Below are positions 19,428 through 28,586 of a DNA stretch of 60,224 nucleotides, in pieces (the stretch's first letter is position 1; each line of letters starts with the position of its first letter). The DNA is taken from the IMG/VR virus record IMGVR_UViG_3300045988_031686, one strand, 5' to 3'. A model generated the notes under the pieces. That model saw only the letters and a list, made by a program, of their open reading frames with translations, was not told the DNA's origin and ran no database searches. Position numbers and translations under genes: made by a program. This stretch comes from a virus.

Positions 19428-20126
19428 ATGGCAGAGCTTGTAAAGATTGAGGGAACAGAGCTGGCAATCCGTGAGTACAACGGACAGAGAGTTGTCACAT
19501 TCAAGGATATTGACACAGTGCATCAGAGACCAAGCGGAACGGCGAGAAAGACTTTCAACAGAAACAGGAGCAGATTTGAGGTAGATAAGCATTATTTTAT
19601 GCTTCAATTAGGAACAGAAAATGCTAATGTCCGTTTAACGGACATTAGAAATATCGTTGTACCAAGCAGAGGTATAACAGTATTGACAGAGCGTGGCTAT
19701 CTGATGTTGGTAAAAGCCTTTACGGATGATTTGTCTTGGAAAGTGCAGGACGAGTTGATAAGCGGTTACTTCAAGGCTAAGACACAGCCGCAGACGGCGG
19801 TTGCACCGGTGCAGGTTGAGGACACCAAGTACAACACAAGCAATACGCTGGTGCCTAAGGTCAAGAGTTGGTATATCCGCAACAGAAGCAACCTTGAATG
19901 GGTTGCATATAAGACGAATTGTAAGCTTTCATACGTTTGCCATAGGCTCTTGAAGCGCATAGGCGAAGAGTATGACCTAGATGCGGCAAAGAAGATATAC
20001 GAAGCGGAGACTGGACACGCACCGCAGTACCCACTTGATATTGTGGACTATTTCCCTCAATTATCAGCAATGGCTACATGGTGGTTGAATGACCTGATTA
20101 AAGTAATTGAGGAAGAAAATAAATGA
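19428..20126 (+). CDS. ORF6N/KilA-N-type antirepressor-like protein
   Basis: VKIEGTELAIREYNGQRVVTFKDIDTVHQRPSGTARKTFNRNRSRFEVDKHYF follows the ORF6N domain pattern. Confidence 0.65.
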   Translation: MAELVKIEGTELAIREYNGQRVVTFKDIDTVHQRPSGTARKTFNRNRSRFEVDKHYFMLQLGTENANVRLTDIRNIVVPSRGITVLTERGYLMLVKAFTDDLSWKVQDELISGYFKAKTQPQTAVAPVQVEDTKYNTSNTLVPKVKSWYIRNRSNLEWVAYKTNCKLSYVCHRLLKRIGEEYDLDAAKKIYEAETGHAPQYPLDIVDYFPQLSAMATWWLNDLIKVIEEENK

Positions 20127-20133
20127 AAAGATG

Positions 20134-20161
20134 GCACCCCGGAAATGGGGTGCTGTTTTTT
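20134..20161 (+). terminator. Intrinsic terminator
   Basis: Stem gcacccc/ggggtgc followed by tgttttttt. Confidence 0.7.
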
Positions 20162-20265
20162 GTAAGCAATTTTTAATGGGACAATTTGTCCCTTTTAAGC
20201 ATTGCAAAGGTATGTACGTTAAACGTACTTTTAAAATGTATTGTTTGATGAAAGGAGCATAAGCG

Positions 20266-20487
20266 ATGGAAAATTCAAGAATTGAAATCAAAACAGACGG
20301 AGCTTTTTCGCAGATATTGATTGACGGCAAGAAACTCAATGGTGTAAGGAACTATAAGTTAGAACATGCGGCAGGCGAAGCGCCAACATTAACACTAGAC
20401 CTCAACGCATTTGATTTAACCGTTGATGGGCAAATGCTATTGATGCAGAAGGGTGTCGGTGAGATTGATGTGAGTATAAAGGGGTAG
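20266..20487 (+). CDS. Hypothetical protein
   Basis: 73-aa ORF with RBS AAAGGAG. Confidence 0.45.
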   Translation: MENSRIEIKTDGAFSQILIDGKKLNGVRNYKLEHAAGEAPTLTLDLNAFDLTVDGQMLLMQKGVGEIDVSIKG

Positions 20488-20507
20488 CTGATAACTACCC
20501 CACAGTT

Positions 20508-20708
20508 TTAGCCCGAAATGCTTTCAGGAGCATTTGAAGCAATAGGACATTGAGGTAAGTCACAATCATTGCCACAGCTAGTATAATCGCAACTTGCAAT
20601 ACCTTTGGCATACTCAAAGCGTTCAGTTGTTGAAGCGTTGATGTAATTAACTCTAATCGAATAGTCCTTGTTTTGGGTCGGGCAAAAACCATATACTCTT
20701 TTGTACAT
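20508..20708 (-). CDS. Cys-rich small protein
   Basis: 66 aa with AGGAGG 7 nt upstream of the ATG; six Cys residues (FCP...C...C...C...CP). Confidence 0.55.
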   Translation of the reverse strand: MYKRVYGFCPTQNKDYSIRVNYINASTTERFEYAKGIASCDYTSCGNDCDLPQCPIASNAPESISG

Positions 20709-20779
20709 AATACACCTCCTCTCAACGGAGATTGTAACACGAAAAATAATTAAAATCCACTTTTACGATTTACTATACT

Positions 20780-20848
20780 AAAATCTGTATACATTCTGTA
20801 AACAAAGCGTAACCTAGATTAGATAAGAATAGTATAGATAAGATTAAT
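20780..20848. repeat. Copy A of a dispersed ~70-85-bp non-coding element (partner at 53990-54075)
   Basis: gtatacattcTgtAaAcaaagCgtaAcctaga..ttagataaga aligns with gtatacattcCgtTaCcaaagTgtaGcctaga..ttagataaga; 37 of 42 positions match, plus one gap. Confidence 0.55.
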
Positions 20849-20975
20849 ATGTATATATATTATATATAAATATATATATTAATAAATACAGTAAATTATA
20901 TAGATAATATTAAGGGCAGTCCGTGTGGGCTGTCTTTTTTATTAGATAAAATTAGACACATGGAGGAATAAGACT

Positions 20976-21728
20976 ATGAATATCGGTAACAGAGTATTTG
21001 CAGTTCAAGGCTATGCTGTGACACAAAACTACGCACGGCACGTTGAAGCGGTCAAGAATGGCGGTTATGCACAGGGAATTGACCTTGTACCGCAAAAGGA
21101 TAACAGATACATTCAGAGCGACATAGTGGCTCATTCGGACGGCACAGTACTTTATGCCGGCAACGGAGACGGCTATGGTAATGCGGTGTGGATATTACAC
21201 AATGACAACTATGTGACTGGCTACGGACACATGAGAGAGCTTAGGGTTAAGACAGGCGATGCAGTTAAGCGTGGCGATGTGATTGGTGTTGTCGGCAACA
21301 CAGGTCATTCAACAGGTATTCATCTTCACTTTGAGGTTCGCAAGTACAAGAAGCCTTACACTGTCAACGCTGGTGATTTCTGGGGTGCCAATTCCTTTAT
21401 GAACACTTCCAAGTTCGATTGGGTAGACCCGACACCATACATCAACGCTGATTTACCTAATCAGACACCTAAGGTTGAATCAAGCACTGATAAGTACTAT
21501 CGTGTGCAGGTCGGAGCTTTCAAGGATAAAGCTTATGCAGTGAACATGGCAAGAGGTGTGCGCTCCAAGGGATTTGATACAATAATCAAGTATTACGAGG
21601 GCAACTACCATGTACAGGTTGGAGCATACGAAGCGTACTGGCGTGCCGTGGCTATGAAAGCAAGGCTGATTGCGGCAGGCTACAAGACATTCATCACAAA
21701 CAAGACAGGGCAGGACATAGCATTTTAG
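20976..21728 (+). CDS. M23 peptidase + SPOR domain peptidoglycan hydrolase (probable endolysin)
   Basis: GYGHM...GNTGHSTGIHLHFE matches the M23 family. The C-terminal YYRVQVGAFKDKAYA...YHVQVGAY resembles SPOR repeats. Confidence 0.8.
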   Translation: MNIGNRVFAVQGYAVTQNYARHVEAVKNGGYAQGIDLVPQKDNRYIQSDIVAHSDGTVLYAGNGDGYGNAVWILHNDNYVTGYGHMRELRVKTGDAVKRGDVIGVVGNTGHSTGIHLHFEVRKYKKPYTVNAGDFWGANSFMNTSKFDWVDPTPYINADLPNQTPKVESSTDKYYRVQVGAFKDKAYAVNMARGVRSKGFDTIIKYYEGNYHVQVGAYEAYWRAVAMKARLIAAGYKTFITNKTGQDIAF

Positions 21729-21756
21729 CACCTATTAACGATAGGTGCTTTTATTA
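21728..21756 (+). terminator. Intrinsic terminator
   Basis: Stem agcaccta/taggtgct followed by tttatt. Confidence 0.7.
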
Positions 21757-21777
21757 TGCCTCAGAAAGGCGGTAACA

Positions 21778-22194
21778 GTGGCATACGGCGGTTTTTTAGT
21801 TAAGGTGGGAGAATATATCATCCCGCAAAAATTCATCAAAGCTGACACATATAGGTCTTATGTGAATATGCAGGACATAGACGATTACCCGGACGCTAAC
21901 GGTTATTTACACCGCAATGCGGTTGAACTTAAAACGGTGAAGATTGAGTTTGACGTGCGTGCCATGCTGACAGGTAGTGAACTGGAAGAGCTTATGTCTA
22001 ATATCCGCAATAATTACACAAGTGCAAGAGGCAGGGAGTGTATCATTACCGCCTTTATTCCTGAGTACAACGACTATGTGACGCAAAAGGGCTATCTTGC
22101 CGACTTCCAGCCACAGATATACGGCACATACGGCGGCGAGATACATTACAGCTCATTCAGAATGTCATTTATTGGGGGTGTATACGATGGTTGA
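21778..22194 (+). CDS. Distal tail protein (Dit)-like
   Basis: GTG 21778 after GAAAGG, downstream of the terminator and overlapping the start of the tail-fibre gene. Confidence 0.45.
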   Translation: MAYGGFLVKVGEYIIPQKFIKADTYRSYVNMQDIDDYPDANGYLHRNAVELKTVKIEFDVRAMLTGSELEELMSNIRNNYTSARGRECIITAFIPEYNDYVTQKGYLADFQPQIYGTYGGEIHYSSFRMSFIGGVYDG

Positions 22195-25180
22195 TTACAG
22201 TTTACAGAATTTGTTTTACGCCCCTAACGTAGATAAACAGCTCATTATTGCAACAGATGACGGCTCCGTGACAATCACCAACACGGAGCTGCATCAAGAG
22301 AGTTTTGAGTTGACAGAGAGCTTATGCTCCGAGAGTGAGTTGACATTCGGAGCGTGTGAAGCGGCGGCGGTCAAGTTTACAATATCAAATGTGTTTACAT
22401 CGCTAAAGGATAAGTGGATAACCGTTAAGATGGTGCTTGATGGCAATGAATCTAATCCGTTCGTATTCGGGCGTTACAAGGTGGTATCGGATAAACCGAC
22501 AGCCGATAGAACGAAACGCGAAATTGAAGCCTACGATGCGTTATATGATGTGATTAACGCTGATGTCGTCGGTTGGTATAACGAAATATTGCCAAACACA
22601 GAGACTTATGTAACATTAAAACAATTCCGGGATAGTTTTTTCAGTCATTTTGGCATTACACAAAAAGACATAACGCTTGCTAACGATGATATGACAACAA
22701 GCAGAACTGTTGATGCAGATGAATTGAGTGGTAGCCAAGTGCTTAATGCAATATGCGAGATTAATGGTTGCTTAGGGCGAGTAGGGCGTACAGGGCAGTT
22801 TGAGTTCACATATCTCGAAAGCGCATCACCAATAACTATCAGCAAGAATCATTATATCAGTGCTGATTATCAAGACTATATGGTGTCGCAGATTGACAAG
22901 CTGCAGATAAGACAGGATGAGGATGATATAGGTTCGATTGTTGGCACAGGCAGTAATACCTATGTGATTGAGAATAACTTCCTTGTGTATGGCAAGGATG
23001 CGGCACAACTAAAGGCTATTGCAACTAATGTCTTCAATCGCATTAAGGGTATTACATATCGCCCAGCGGAAATATCAAGCGCAGGAAACCCATGTATTGA
23101 AGTCGGCGATGCAATTAAACTGTCAACTAAGTATGCAGAGCTAACCACTTATGTCTTAGAACGCTCCTTAAAAGGCGTACAAGCCCTTACAGACAGTTTT
23201 ATAGCGCAGGGCGAACAATTACGTACCACACAAATAAACAGCTCTAATAAGTCAATTACGCAACTCAAAGGCAGAGTGAACCGGTTGACCCGCAATGTAG
23301 ACCAGAACAAAGCGGAAATATCGAATGTTGAAGCCGGATTAAAGAATGAGATAACACAGACCGCATCGGAACTGGATGTAAAGATACAGAGTTTGCAATC
23401 TCAGATAGATGGCGAGATAACCGTCATCAACGGTCACGGAGTACCAACACTCTATAATTACCCGGCATACAACTGGGTAGCCGGTCCCAAGGTTGGCGAT
23501 ATACTTGTTGAGGGCACAAAGTTCACTTATTCGGATGAGGTGTATCGTAAACACCAGAGGACATTGTTTTTCGATGAGGATATGGCGACTACATACCGTT
23601 TTATAAAAAAGGATGATATGTGGATATGGGAGCCGATAGCCGACACTGAATATTCGGTGATTCAGAAGCAGATAGCAGACCTTAATGTAACTGCACAAGG
23701 AATTACTCAGAGCGTTGAGCAGCTGTCAACCAAGGTGACGAATGAGTATATCACACAGATTGATGCCAAGACACTTGTAGCGACCACAGCAGACGGACTT
23801 ACTGCGCAGATAAGTGAGGTTAATGAAGCTCTTGATGGTGCCAATGAGGTCTACACCATACAAGGAACCCCAACCTTACAAAATTATCCGGCGTACAACT
23901 GGACATCGGGACCAGTGGTGGGTGATAAGCTTACGCAGGGATTGAGGTTTACTTATTCAGACACAAGCTATAAGAAACACAACAGAGCACTTGTTTATGA
24001 TGAGGTTGCCGGCAAGACGTACAGGTTCATCAAGAGCGGTGACACATGGGGGTTTTCCGATGTTGGCGATACCGAATTTTCGTGGGTCAATAAGAAGTTA
24101 GCTGAGTATAAAGCTACGGCAGACGGACTATCTGCTGATTTATCAAAGTTCGAGACTAAGGTTAACTCAGATTACATAACCAAGATTGATGCTCAGGCGA
24201 GCATTAAACTCTCAGCGGATGAACTGAAAGAGGACTTTAGCAAGACGATAAGCAATTATTCAACCACTACGCAGATGAACTTAGCGATAAGCGAAAGCGC
24301 AGAGGGCATTATGACGAATGTAAGCAAGACTTACGCAACAAAAGGGGTTGTCAGCAGACTGGAAACGTCTATCAAAGCTACGGCAGAAGGGCTAGAAACC
24401 AAAGTGTCGAAAGACAAGCTTGTAACCGAAATCAACGCCAGTGCCGAAAAAGTATTGATTTCATCGAGCAAGCTTGATTTAAAAGGGCTTGTCACAATAT
24501 CGGCATTACAAGAAAGCGGACAGACTGTAATCAATGCTGATAATATAACAACCGGAACAATTAAAGGGCGGCGACTTGAAGCGTGTGCAATGGACGGCGG
24601 AGCCATTGCAATAGGGGCAAACAACATTGTAATGAATGAAGCGGGACTGTGGGTAATAGGTGAATGTTCAGCAGACAAGCCGGCTTACCAAGTTAATAGC
24701 AGAGGTGAGATAATGCAATACTGGACAGATGGTATACGCCGATTCTACTCTAACGGTTTAGGCGTAAGCGGAACATGGGTAACACATTTTGATGAATACA
24801 CTGCATCATCGGATTGGTACAAGATATGCATTGCCGCTAATAATACATCAGATGCACGATACAAGAACACAATCAAAAGTCTGGACGATGAAGAACACAT
24901 GGAAGAACTTTTTAATAGTCTAAAGCCATCAGCATTTTATTATAACAAAGGCACAGAATACGTGGAAACCCAAAGACACCTGGGCTTCATCGCACAAGAC
25001 ATTGAGAAAGCGATTACAGAAGCAGGAATCGAGGCAGACATGGCATTATTTGACCATATCAACGAGGATAAACTTGGAGTTAATAAGCAAGAGTTAATAG
25101 CCCTGTGTGTATGGCAAATCCAAAAATTGAAAGCTCGTATAAACGAACTTGAAAAAGATAGGAGGAAAAAATATGAGTAG
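22187..25180 (+). CDS. Tail-tip / tail fibre protein with a C-terminal intramolecular chaperone (peptidase S74-type) domain
   Basis: 997 aa. The C-terminus SDARYKNTIKSL...HLGFIAQDIEKA...LIALCVWQIQKLKARINELE is typical of the autoproteolytic chaperone domain. Confidence 0.8.
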   Translation: MVDYSLQNLFYAPNVDKQLIIATDDGSVTITNTELHQESFELTESLCSESELTFGACEAAAVKFTISNVFTSLKDKWITVKMVLDGNESNPFVFGRYKVVSDKPTADRTKREIEAYDALYDVINADVVGWYNEILPNTETYVTLKQFRDSFFSHFGITQKDITLANDDMTTSRTVDADELSGSQVLNAICEINGCLGRVGRTGQFEFTYLESASPITISKNHYISADYQDYMVSQIDKLQIRQDEDDIGSIVGTGSNTYVIENNFLVYGKDAAQLKAIATNVFNRIKGITYRPAEISSAGNPCIEVGDAIKLSTKYAELTTYVLERSLKGVQALTDSFIAQGEQLRTTQINSSNKSITQLKGRVNRLTRNVDQNKAEISNVEAGLKNEITQTASELDVKIQSLQSQIDGEITVINGHGVPTLYNYPAYNWVAGPKVGDILVEGTKFTYSDEVYRKHQRTLFFDEDMATTYRFIKKDDMWIWEPIADTEYSVIQKQIADLNVTAQGITQSVEQLSTKVTNEYITQIDAKTLVATTADGLTAQISEVNEALDGANEVYTIQGTPTLQNYPAYNWTSGPVVGDKLTQGLRFTYSDTSYKKHNRALVYDEVAGKTYRFIKSGDTWGFSDVGDTEFSWVNKKLAEYKATADGLSADLSKFETKVNSDYITKIDAQASIKLSADELKEDFSKTISNYSTTTQMNLAISESAEGIMTNVSKTYATKGVVSRLETSIKATAEGLETKVSKDKLVTEINASAEKVLISSSKLDLKGLVTISALQESGQTVINADNITTGTIKGRRLEACAMDGGAIAIGANNIVMNEAGLWVIGECSADKPAYQVNSRGEIMQYWTDGIRRFYSNGLGVSGTWVTHFDEYTASSDWYKICIAANNTSDARYKNTIKSLDDEEHMEELFNSLKPSAFYYNKGTEYVETQRHLGFIAQDIEKAITEAGIEADMALFDHINEDKLGVNKQELIALCVWQIQKLKARINELEKDRRKKYE
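23411..24240 (+). repeat. Tandem ~145-aa domain duplication inside the tail fibre
   Basis: Repeat 1 reads VPTLYNYPAYNWVAGPKVGD...TYRFIKKDDMW...YITQIDAK. Repeat 2 reads TPTLQNYPAYNWTSGPVVGD...TYRFIKSGDTW...YITKIDAQ. Confidence 0.7.
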
Positions 25181-25403
25181 TAATTACAACATTAGGATGT
25201 TCCGCAATTCGCTAACGTCCTACATTAAGCAGTCACCTATAGAACCAGAGGTTAAGCTTCTGATTCTGAGGGATTTAACAGCACAGATAGAGGAGGACGC
25301 GGATGCAATGGTTGTCCGCGAAGCAGCAGAACTGGAAAAAGCAGAACAACTTAAGAAAAATGCCGTTGATAAGGCAGCAGAGCAGAGAGAAAGCGAGGTA
25401 TAA
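25173..25403 (+). CDS. Hypothetical tail-module protein
   Basis: ATG 25173 after AGGAGG. Confidence 0.45.
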   Translation: MSSNYNIRMFRNSLTSYIKQSPIEPEVKLLILRDLTAQIEEDADAMVVREAAELEKAEQLKKNAVDKAAEQRESEV

Positions 25404-25406
25404 ACT

Positions 25407-25784
25407 ATGGCAGTAGAATATAATCAGCATACATGGGGGTACGGCGAGGAGCTTACGCCAGATAAATTTAATAATATTGAGGGCGGTGTTAAGGCAAATG
25501 CGGATGCAATTAATGAGGTAAATAATAATTTAAACATTTCAAGCCTTGAAATGGGAACAGCGACAACTTCAAGCGAAGGTCAAGTAACTATTTATTATTC
25601 TAAAACTCATGATAGACCAGCAGATATTATCATCGCCACAGCTCTAAGTGCACACAATACTGTAAGAATCGTGCAAATTACAGGCTCATATAATAATAGA
25701 TTCTTGGCAGAATGCTGGAATGATAGTTTCAAGGACTTTGTCAGTTGTACCTTTAGTTACCTTGCAATTTGGAACAAGGCATAA
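25407..25784 (+). CDS. Small tail-fibre-associated / receptor-binding-like protein
   Basis: N-terminal YNQHTWGYGEELTPDKFNNIEGGV resembles fibre N-terminal motifs (from memory). Confidence 0.4.
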   Translation: MAVEYNQHTWGYGEELTPDKFNNIEGGVKANADAINEVNNNLNISSLEMGTATTSSEGQVTIYYSKTHDRPADIIIATALSAHNTVRIVQITGSYNNRFLAECWNDSFKDFVSCTFSYLAIWNKA

Positions 25785-26130
25785 CATTATCCTAATTGTA
25801 ATGCGTAGAATGTTGGAGTATATATTGACATATTGCCATCAGTAACGCACCAGAAATATATTGGTAATTCTTCACTTGTCTCAATACATTGGACAAGACT
25901 CCTCGCCTATGTAACTGTAATGTTTGTCAGTGTAAGCACTTGGCTTATCCATGACAAAACCTCCGCATTTTGCATTTTTTTGTCAAATTTTGGTTACTAA
26001 TTGTTCAAATTTTAGTACAATAAAGTGCTATTATGGATTTGTCCGATAAGGACAAGTTCAAGCTTTGGCAAGCAAGGGGCAGTGTTGATTGGCGTTGGCA
26101 TTGTTCCTTGCAAGTGGGGGTTATTAGTTG

Positions 26131-26159
26131 TTGACAGTGACGAACAAATGTTCTATAAT
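26131..26159 (+). promoter_or_regulatory. Consensus sigma-A-type promoter
   Basis: TTGACA, 17-nt spacer, TATAAT. Confidence 0.6.
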
Positions 26160-26209
26160 TGGGACATCGCTACTGGAAAACGTGTGGTTGTAAAGGGGAA
26201 ATGCAAAAC

Positions 26210-26332
26210 ATGAAAAAAAATGCGGATTACTACCGAAGAAGAATAATTGACTTAATTAACAAAACGGATGATTTGTGGATATTGGACCATATACTAAAAT
26301 TTGTTCAAGGAATGACAAAGGAGAGGGAATAA
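26210..26332 (+). CDS. Small hypothetical protein (40 aa)
   Basis: Lies downstream of the consensus promoter and is followed by a terminator. Confidence 0.35.
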   Translation: MKKNADYYRRRIIDLINKTDDLWILDHILKFVQGMTKERE

Positions 26333-26346
26333 CCCTCTCCTCTTTT
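26320..26346. terminator. Bidirectional terminator between convergent genes
   Basis: Stem ggagaggg/ccctctcc followed by tctttt. Confidence 0.55.
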
Positions 26347-26707
26347 ACTCATCTAACAGTTTCTTTGCTATTTCAGCAAGATTTTCCCAGTCTTTGACGG
26401 TTAGCCTTGTTAAGGCTGATACAAATTTTTTCTGGAAATTGTCATCTTTTAAAGCCATCGTCTCAGTGACAAAAGCTCCGATTTCCTGCTCCTTGGTTCT
26501 TGATTTGAACATTTCCCCGATGCCATTCCGAAGCCATTCTTCATTGACGTTAAATTCTTTACATATCAATGCTATAGCTGAATCACTTGGAATACTTCTA
26601 CCCATTTCGTATGTTGCAACAGTGTTTCTTTTCACTTTTATTTTGTCAGCAAATTCTTGTTGCGTCAAATTCAGAGCATTTCTTATCTTCCTAATACGCT
26701 CATTCAT
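26345..26707 (-). CDS. XRE-family HTH repressor (CI-like)
   Basis: IRKIRNALNLTQQEFADKIKVKRNTVATYEMGRSIPS; divergent from a consensus promoter. Confidence 0.8.
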   Translation of the reverse strand: MNERIRKIRNALNLTQQEFADKIKVKRNTVATYEMGRSIPSDSAIALICKEFNVNEEWLRNGIGEMFKSRTKEQEIGAFVTETMALKDDNFQKKFVSALTRLTVKDWENLAEIAKKLLDE

Positions 26708-26749
26708 TTATTTTCACACCTCCTTCCTGCAAATTTATATTATCACGCC

Positions 26750-26804
26750 TTGTTGAAAAAATCAACAAAAATATGTTGACAAATGTTTTTTAATGACATA
26801 TAAT
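26750..26804. promoter_or_regulatory. Switch region: perfect palindrome TTGTTGAaaaaaTCAACAA plus a rightward consensus promoter
   Basis: Palindrome at 26750-26768. TTGACA at 26776-26781, 17-nt spacer, TATAAT at 26799-26804. A leftward promoter, TTGATT-17 nt-TAATAT, overlaps the palindrome. Confidence 0.6.
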
Positions 26805-26836
26805 TGTTTTACAATCAACAGAAAAGAGGTGAGAAC

Positions 26837-27511
26837 ATGAACGAACTTGTACATTTAGAACATGATGAAGCTGTATGCAGCAGTTTGGAGGTTGCTGAAA
26901 AGTTCGGCAAAAGACATGACAAGCTGATTTCAGAAATAGAAAGAATGTACTCTGATTTAATCGGAAAAGGGTGTGCCCAAAATGGTGGAGACCCCCTATT
27001 TGTAAAAAGTAGTTACATTCATCCGCAAAATAAACAGGAATATCCAATGTACCTTATGAACCGAGACGGCTTTTCATTATTGGTAATGGGATTTACTGGA
27101 AAGAAAGCGTTAGATTGGAAACTTAAATACATAAACGCTTTTAATCAGATGGAGAATTACATCAGAGAGAAACAGTCGCAGTCTTGGATTGAAACAAGAA
27201 CAGTCGGTAAGCTGTCAAGAAAAGCTGAAACAGATGTATTGAAGCAGTTAGTTGAATATGCCAAACAGCAGGGAAGCGAACACGCTGATATGCTGTATAT
27301 GACATATTCAAAACTGGCAAATAAAACTGTCGGTGTGGCTGATAGAGATACCGCAACCGCTAAACAACTGATGAACTTATCCGTCACAGAAAATATCATA
27401 TTGAAAGTAGTTGAAGAAGGTATCAGCCAACAGCTCCATTATAAAGAGATTTACAAGAATTGTAAAGACCGATTGGCGATAGTCAATCGGTTAGCGTATT
27501 TGACAGTATGA
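26837..27511 (+). CDS. Rha-family phage regulatory protein (copy 2)
   Basis: VCSSLEVAEKFGKRHDKLISEI...YPMYLMNRDGFSLLVMGFTGKKALDWKLKYINAFNQME. Confidence 0.8.
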   Translation: MNELVHLEHDEAVCSSLEVAEKFGKRHDKLISEIERMYSDLIGKGCAQNGGDPLFVKSSYIHPQNKQEYPMYLMNRDGFSLLVMGFTGKKALDWKLKYINAFNQMENYIREKQSQSWIETRTVGKLSRKAETDVLKQLVEYAKQQGSEHADMLYMTYSKLANKTVGVADRDTATAKQLMNLSVTENIILKVVEEGISQQLHYKEIYKNCKDRLAIVNRLAYLTV

Positions 27512-27558
27512 AAGGAAGTGAGCTTTTGAAAAAAATGACATACCGACAGAAACGAGAT

Positions 27559-27951
27559 TTACTCAATAAGTTCGAGCCGTTCATAATCGGTGCAGTTCAA
27601 CTCATAAGTGCTTTGGCTGGTGCTGCTACTGGAATAGCTATCTGCTACTTTTTCTAAATGATATGTAGCCGTGGCGGTTACAAGAGCCACAATAAAAGGG
27701 ATTAGGATATTTCTTAAAAATTCGAGAAAAACATATTCTTTATAGTGTTTTCCTTTAACAGATAAAACATAAGAAAACACCGTTCTATCATTGGAAACAT
27801 CTACGTTTCTGAAAAAGCCTAATTCTTTTAAATCTAAAAAAGCTTGGTAAATATCTTCACCGGAATATTTACCGAATTTTGAAAGTTCAATGGAGCCAAC
27901 CATATTTGAAGATACTTTTTTCAAAATAGTTCTTTCAATTTTTAAAAGCAT
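27559..27951 (-). CDS. Membrane-anchored hypothetical protein (expected to be lysogen-expressed; exclusion or Abi candidate)
   Basis: 130 aa on the reverse strand with one TM segment, ILIPFIVALVTATATY. Confidence 0.45.
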   Translation of the reverse strand: MLLKIERTILKKVSSNMVGSIELSKFGKYSGEDIYQAFLDLKELGFFRNVDVSNDRTVFSYVLSVKGKHYKEYVFLEFLRNILIPFIVALVTATATYHLEKVADSYSSSSTSQSTYELNCTDYERLELIE

Positions 27952-28003
27952 AATAATACCTCCGGTTTTTAAAACATTATATCACAGAAGGGAAGTGAAT
28001 TGA

Positions 28004-28153
28004 ATGAGTGAGCAGGAAAAAGAGATTATTCGTAAGCTGTCCGACACAATCCCTAAGCTTGACGATAACAAGAAGAACTACATTCTTGGTGTAGCCGAGG
28101 GAATGGCAATAGCTAGAGAAGCAGAGAAAAGCGAAAACAGCAGAAAGGAGTAA
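28004..28153 (+). CDS. Small hypothetical protein (49 aa)
   Basis: ATG after GGGAAG; helical and charged. Confidence 0.35.
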   Translation: MSEQEKEIIRKLSDTIPKLDDNKKNYILGVAEGMAIAREAEKSENSRKE

Positions 28154-28156
28154 ACG

Positions 28157-28402
28157 GTGAGGAAAGCATTAAGACGTTTTTTTAACCGCCATTTTGTGAA
28201 AGTAAAGTTCTTACAGAGTATTTTTGTTATTCCGTACCAGTTTGAGGGCAAGAAGTATTTACATATTTCGCAAATTGGCAAAGAAGGGCGGGTAATAAGA
28301 AGAACATTCCTCATAGAGCATTTGGTTGATGATAACTTGGCGGTTACAGACCAAACGCTCGCAGAGGAAAAGAATGTGTTTAAAAACCCTAGCTTATTTT
28401 AA
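28157..28402 (+). CDS. Hypothetical protein (GTG start)
   Basis: ORF only; weak support. Confidence 0.25.
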   Translation: MRKALRRFFNRHFVKVKFLQSIFVIPYQFEGKKYLHISQIGKEGRVIRRTFLIEHLVDDNLAVTDQTLAEEKNVFKNPSLF

Positions 28403-28562
28403 GCCAAGTAGTATAACCACATTCTTTACATTCAGGCATTTGCTCACCTTGCTTTACGGTAATTATTCCTTTTTCGGTATCATTACCGCATTGCATACAC
28501 ACATATATGCCTTTTTCGGCAATATCGTATGTGTTGAGTGCCTGTGATGTATCATCGGACAT
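28389..28562 (-). CDS. Rubredoxin-like zinc-ribbon protein (57 aa)
   Basis: AAGGAGG RBS; CMQC...(19)...CKEC. Confidence 0.5.
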   Translation of the reverse strand: MSDDTSQALNTYDIAEKGIYVCMQCGNDTEKGIITVKQGEQMPECKECGYTTWLKIS

Positions 28563-28586
28563 AGCTTCACCTCCTTATTGAATAAT

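Noticed and set aside
25882-25953. 23-aa reverse-strand peptide ORF with a strong GGAGG RBS.
   Set aside because: It is too short to support without expression data, and I could find no convincing promoter.
26025-26213. 62-aa GTG-start ORF.
   Set aside because: A consensus promoter (26131-26159) lies inside it, and it has no RBS. The real unit is more likely the promoter plus the 40-aa ORF at 26210.
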